From Intestinibacillus sp. (GTDB taxonomy: Bacteria > Bacillota > Clostridia > Oscillospirales > Butyricicoccaceae): 64,000 nt of DNA. The notes beneath the pieces were generated by a model. It ran no database searches, was not told where the DNA came from, and worked only from the letters and a program-made list of their open reading frames with translations. The stretch spans positions 709 to 64,708 of the forward strand of contig JBFWIM010000001.1 of the NCBI GenBank assembly GCA_050255995.1, in the 5' to 3' direction. Shown in pieces: positions 60,392 to 64,000 of the stretch. Every line of letters begins with the position of its first letter. Position 1 is the stretch's first letter. A program made the translations under genes and the position numbers.

Positions 60392-60552
60392 TGGAGACAC
60401 TTCCTTCGCTATCGGTTGATGTGGGTTCCCGCCCGGATATGAGCACGCACGGAGCGTTCTCGGAGCCGGCGCGGTATCGGGAAAAACGGCGCCTTGGGGG
60501 AGCCGTTTTATGTTATCAGAAGGGAATGGCACTTCCCTCCGGAAGCAGTGGT

Positions 60553-60780
60553 TTAATCTTTTTTGCCGAGGATGCGCTCGAACCGGCGTTGCAGCTCTTC
60601 TTCACGGCGCGCCGTTTCCTCAAAATCGATACGGAGCACGCGGTCGTCCTCGTACTCGACAACCATGCCCTCGGCGATCATCTCAGGCGTGTTTGCACGC
60701 GGGATGTTGATCATACCGTCGTCGGTTTCCAGTATCACAAGATCGCCTTCGAAACGGTCAATGATCGCGATTTTCTTCAT
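60553..60780 (-). CDS. DUF3006 domain protein
   Basis: IIDRFEGDLVILE...EG; typical partner of the ComEC-type MBL gene. Confidence 0.85.
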   Translation of the reverse strand: MKKIAIIDRFEGDLVILETDDGMINIPRANTPEMIAEGMVVEYEDDRVLRIDFEETARREEELQRRFERILGKKD

Positions 60781-61703
60781 GCGGCATTCTCCTCCTTCTG
60801 TGAAGTCTCGGGCTGCTCATCAGTCATTGCAAAGTCCAGCACAACCGTCCCGTCGACGGCGGTGTTATAAATTTTCGTAAATCCGGCGTTTTCAAGGTTT
60901 TCAACCGTCTGCGGATCGGGATGGCCGTAATCATTGCCGGCGCCGCAGGAGATGACAGCGGTTTTTGCCTTGATGCGCGCGAGGAATTCGGGTGTGGACG
61001 AAGTGCTGCTGCCGTGATGCCCGACCTTGAGCACATCGCAGGTAAGCACGGCCTCGGAGTGCAGCAGGGACTCCTCAATCTCCTTTTCGGCATCGCCCAT
61101 AAAGAGCACCTTGTGGCGGCCGGCCTCCAGCATGGTCACGAGCGAATAGTTGTTGACATTACTGAAGGTTTTATCGGGATCCGGGCTCAGGAATTGCAGA
61201 TAAGCGCCGCTGGTCAGAACAATGCCGGTATTGACCTTCGGGTTGATGACGGTAATGTTCTTGGTTTCAATCATATCCAACATGCGCTCAAAGGCCTGCG
61301 TTGAGGCCGTGGCGTTCGGCATGTAAACCGTATCCACCTGGAAGTTGCCGAGAACCGCCGCCATGCCGCCGATATGATCCTCATGGGGATGGGTTGCGAT
61401 GACTGCGGTGAGGTGCGAAATGTTCTGCTTTTTCAGGTAGCTCACAACAGTGTCGGCCGCGGAGGCCGGCCCGGCATCAATCAGAACGGCCTGGTCGCCG
61501 GAGACGATCAGCTCGCTGTCACCCTGGCCAACGTCGATGAAATGCACCGAGGTTTCGGCTGTCAGGCGGTTGCCGAGGCCATGCTCCTTATAATAGAGCT
61601 GACCGACGTTAAACAGGACCAGCGCAATCGCCATGCCAATCAGGGCCGCGTGCTTTTTGGTACCGCCCTGGCGTTTAAACCATTCACTGATTTTCTCAAA
61701 CAC
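60777..61703 (-). CDS. ComEC/Rec2-type metallo-beta-lactamase-fold protein
   Basis: FIDVGQGDS, THPHEDHIGG, KVGHHGS. Confidence 0.92.
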   Translation of the reverse strand: MFEKISEWFKRQGGTKKHAALIGMAIALVLFNVGQLYYKEHGLGNRLTAETSVHFIDVGQGDSELIVSGDQAVLIDAGPASAADTVVSYLKKQNISHLTAVIATHPHEDHIGGMAAVLGNFQVDTVYMPNATASTQAFERMLDMIETKNITVINPKVNTGIVLTSGAYLQFLSPDPDKTFSNVNNYSLVTMLEAGRHKVLFMGDAEKEIEESLLHSEAVLTCDVLKVGHHGSSTSSTPEFLARIKAKTAVISCGAGNDYGHPDPQTVENLENAGFTKIYNTAVDGTVVLDFAMTDEQPETSQKEENAA

Positions 61704-61760
61704 GTTTTATAAGTCTCCTTCATGATTGATGGCGATATGTCGGTATGCCGGAAGAAACGG

Positions 61761-63257
61761 TTAGTCTGTGCAGGTATGATAGGTGTCAAACTCCGCCGCA
61801 ACCTCAGCGCCGGGCGCCGGGGTCAGCAGGCTGACAACGACGATGGCTGCGAGACCGAACACAAAGCCGGGGACGATTTCATAAAGATCAAAGATGCCGC
61901 CCGAAAGCTGCGCCCAGACCAGATCGACCACGCCGCCGACGATGATGCCAGCGAGCGCGCCCTGACGGTTCGCGCGTCTCCAGAACAGCGAGCACAGCAC
62001 CACTGGGCCAAAAGTCGCGCCGAAGCCGCCCCAGGCGTAGGATACCAGCCCGAGCACCGTGCTTTCCGGATTGGTGGCGATGAGCGCCGCGATTACCGCG
62101 ACCGCGATGACGCAGACGCGGCTGACCCACATCAGCTCTCCCGCGGAGGCCTTCGGGCGTATTTTTTCGTGATAAAAGTCCTCGGTGATCGCGGATGCGG
62201 TGACCAAGAGCTGGCTGTCCGCCGTGGACATGATGGCCGCGAGGATCGCGGACAGGAAGATGCCGGCGATGAAGACCGGGAACAGACGCGTGACCATGGT
62301 GATGTATACGGTCTCCTGCGCGCCGCCCTGCAGCAGTACATCGCCCAGCAGCATGCGGCCGGACATACCGATGGCAATCGCGGCGGTCAGAGAAATGACG
62401 ACCCAGACCGTTGCAATGCGGCGGGATTTTTTGATCGCCGCCGGGGATTCAATGCCCATAAAGCGCACCAGAATGTGCGGCTGGCCAAAATAGCCGAGCC
62501 CCCATGCGACAAGGGAAACGATACCGAGGACAGTATAAGGCTGTCCGGTAGCGCCGTCAACCAGCATGCTCAGAAAATGCGGATTAAATGCATGGACCTG
62601 GTCGAGAAACGGAACCGGGCCGCCCATTTCACCGATTGCCAGGGCGGGTACCGCGATCACACAGAGAAACATCAGCATGCCCTGGAAAAAATCCGTCCAG
62701 CATACCGCGAAAAAGCCGCCCGCGAAGGTATAGGATACAACGACGACCGCGCCGATCGCCAGCGCGACCAGATACGGCAGGCCGAATACGGAGGAAAACA
62801 GCTTCGCCGCGCTGACAAAGCCGGACGCGGTATAAAACAGAAAAAAGACCAGGATAAACAGAGCTGAAACGACGGAAAGGACGCCGCTCTTGTCGTGGAA
62901 GCGGTTTTTAAAGAACTGCGGTAATGTGATGGAGTCCCCCGCCACCTTGGTGTATTGCCGCAGCCGTTTTGCCACAAACAGCCAGTTGAGATATGTACCG
63001 ATACCCAGGCCGATTGCGATCCAGCCGGCGGAAATGCCGGAAAGATATGCCGCGCCGGGCAGGCCCATCAGCAGCCAGCCCGACATGTCGGACGCCTGCG
63101 CGGACATGGAAGTAACCCAGGAGCCGAGCTTGCGGCCGCCCAGGAAGTATTCGGTGGTCGTACGGCTTTTACCGTAAAAATACATGCCAATGCAGATCAT
63201 AAAAACCAGATAAACTGCAAAGGCAAGGATCAGGAATACGTTTGACGAAACTAACAT
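61761..63257 (-). CDS. putP: Sodium/proline symporter
   Basis: SDMSGWLLMGLPG, GYFGQPHILVRFM, AAIMSTADSQLL. Confidence 0.93.
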   Translation of the reverse strand: MLVSSNVFLILAFAVYLVFMICIGMYFYGKSRTTTEYFLGGRKLGSWVTSMSAQASDMSGWLLMGLPGAAYLSGISAGWIAIGLGIGTYLNWLFVAKRLRQYTKVAGDSITLPQFFKNRFHDKSGVLSVVSALFILVFFLFYTASGFVSAAKLFSSVFGLPYLVALAIGAVVVVSYTFAGGFFAVCWTDFFQGMLMFLCVIAVPALAIGEMGGPVPFLDQVHAFNPHFLSMLVDGATGQPYTVLGIVSLVAWGLGYFGQPHILVRFMGIESPAAIKKSRRIATVWVVISLTAAIAIGMSGRMLLGDVLLQGGAQETVYITMVTRLFPVFIAGIFLSAILAAIMSTADSQLLVTASAITEDFYHEKIRPKASAGELMWVSRVCVIAVAVIAALIATNPESTVLGLVSYAWGGFGATFGPVVLCSLFWRRANRQGALAGIIVGGVVDLVWAQLSGGIFDLYEIVPGFVFGLAAIVVVSLLTPAPGAEVAAEFDTYHTCTD

Positions 63258-63385
63258 GGTTACCCTCCTTGAATTACTTGTTCATTATATAATACTTTTT
63301 GGCTGTTTGCAACGAACTGCCGCAGGAAATTGCATTTTTCCTGCGGCAGTTTATCAAGAATTCCGGGTTTGTTCTGCGGCCGCAG

Positions 63386-63979
63386 TTACAGGGCGGATGC
63401 GCGTGCGAGCTTGGTCTGTGGTTCCGGAATCAGGGAAAATTCGCTTGAAAGCGCATTTCCCAGCGCAAAGAATGTTTTCTCATCCCCATGCTTCAGCTCC
63501 AGCTCGATTTCGCACAGGGGCGCGGTCCGTCCCTGCCGGGAGAGCGTGCCGCAGTCGAGGGCAAGCTCAGCCGTCATTTCCGCGTCCCGCAGGGTGAGTG
63601 CCCGCCGGATAAAACGCACGCGGCAGGTCTCTTCCACACCCTCGGCGAGCAGCGCCTGACACAGCGCGCGCGGCGCACCGACGTCCAGAAGCGCCGCAAC
63701 GCCTGCCTCGATGGAGTCTGCCGGACACTCATATTCTTCGCGCAGGTGCGCCGCGCCGGAAACCCCGCCACCGCATTTGAGGCAGCATACGCCGTGCCCG
63801 TTCTCCAGCCGCAGCCGCAGTCCGGCCTTTTGGGAGGCGAGCAGACCGCTTGCCGTGTCGTAATAACGCGCGTCCATTTCGTAGCGGGTTTCGGCGGCGC
63901 CGCGCGCGATTGCCCACTCCGCGACCGCGCGGTGCAAAGCGGTATCTGCCTTCCATTTCAGTTCGCGTTCCATAGTCAC
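63386..63979 (-). CDS. CYTH domain protein
   Basis: N-terminal ERELK; YYDT; LRLR; CEIELELK. Confidence 0.9.
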   Translation of the reverse strand: MTMERELKWKADTALHRAVAEWAIARGAAETRYEMDARYYDTASGLLASQKAGLRLRLENGHGVCCLKCGGGVSGAAHLREEYECPADSIEAGVAALLDVGAPRALCQALLAEGVEETCRVRFIRRALTLRDAEMTAELALDCGTLSRQGRTAPLCEIELELKHGDEKTFFALGNALSSEFSLIPEPQTKLARASAL

Positions 63980-64000
63980 CCTCCCGGGTTGGTTTTTTAG

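Noticed and set aside
60395-60550. Lysine riboswitch upstream of lysA
   Set aside because: The 155-bp spacer lacks recognisable L-box consensus elements; the 467-aa ORF extension through it is also not credible.

Overview
A 64 kb, GC-rich chromosomal segment of a spore-forming Clostridia-type bacterium; the gene set and style suggest Oscillospiraceae/Butyricicoccaceae, which is inference. Most of it is housekeeping: recA-recX-rimO-pgsA, T-box-cysS, a Na+-pumping oxaloacetate decarboxylase cluster, pyk, citrate synthase, PFOR, ppk, infC-rpmI-rplT, malQ, trmB, lysA, putP, spoIID and spoIIQ. It also holds two tRNAs (Arg-CCT, Gly-GCC) and a probable 6S RNA. I see no integrase, transposase, reverse transcriptase or CRISPR array. 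The most notable signal is at 25.3-28.1 kb, where two minus-strand sigma-A promoters carry LexA/SOS-box-like sites like the one before recA. One drives an orphan phage tail-fibre-like gene with a TTG start and an AT-richer, possibly variable C-terminus. The other drives a coupled pair: a 78-aa helical protein and a sigma-70-region-4-only protein. Together they suggest a dispersed, SOS-inducible phage-derived module (hypothesis). Other points of interest are a fluoride riboswitch with a clear terminator switch upstream of a CPA1 cation:proton antiporter, a HEPN gene paired with a catalytically degenerate nucleotidyltransferase, an unannotated 30-aa ORF, and a DnaA-box cluster. All calls come from motif recognition by eye; no searches were run.
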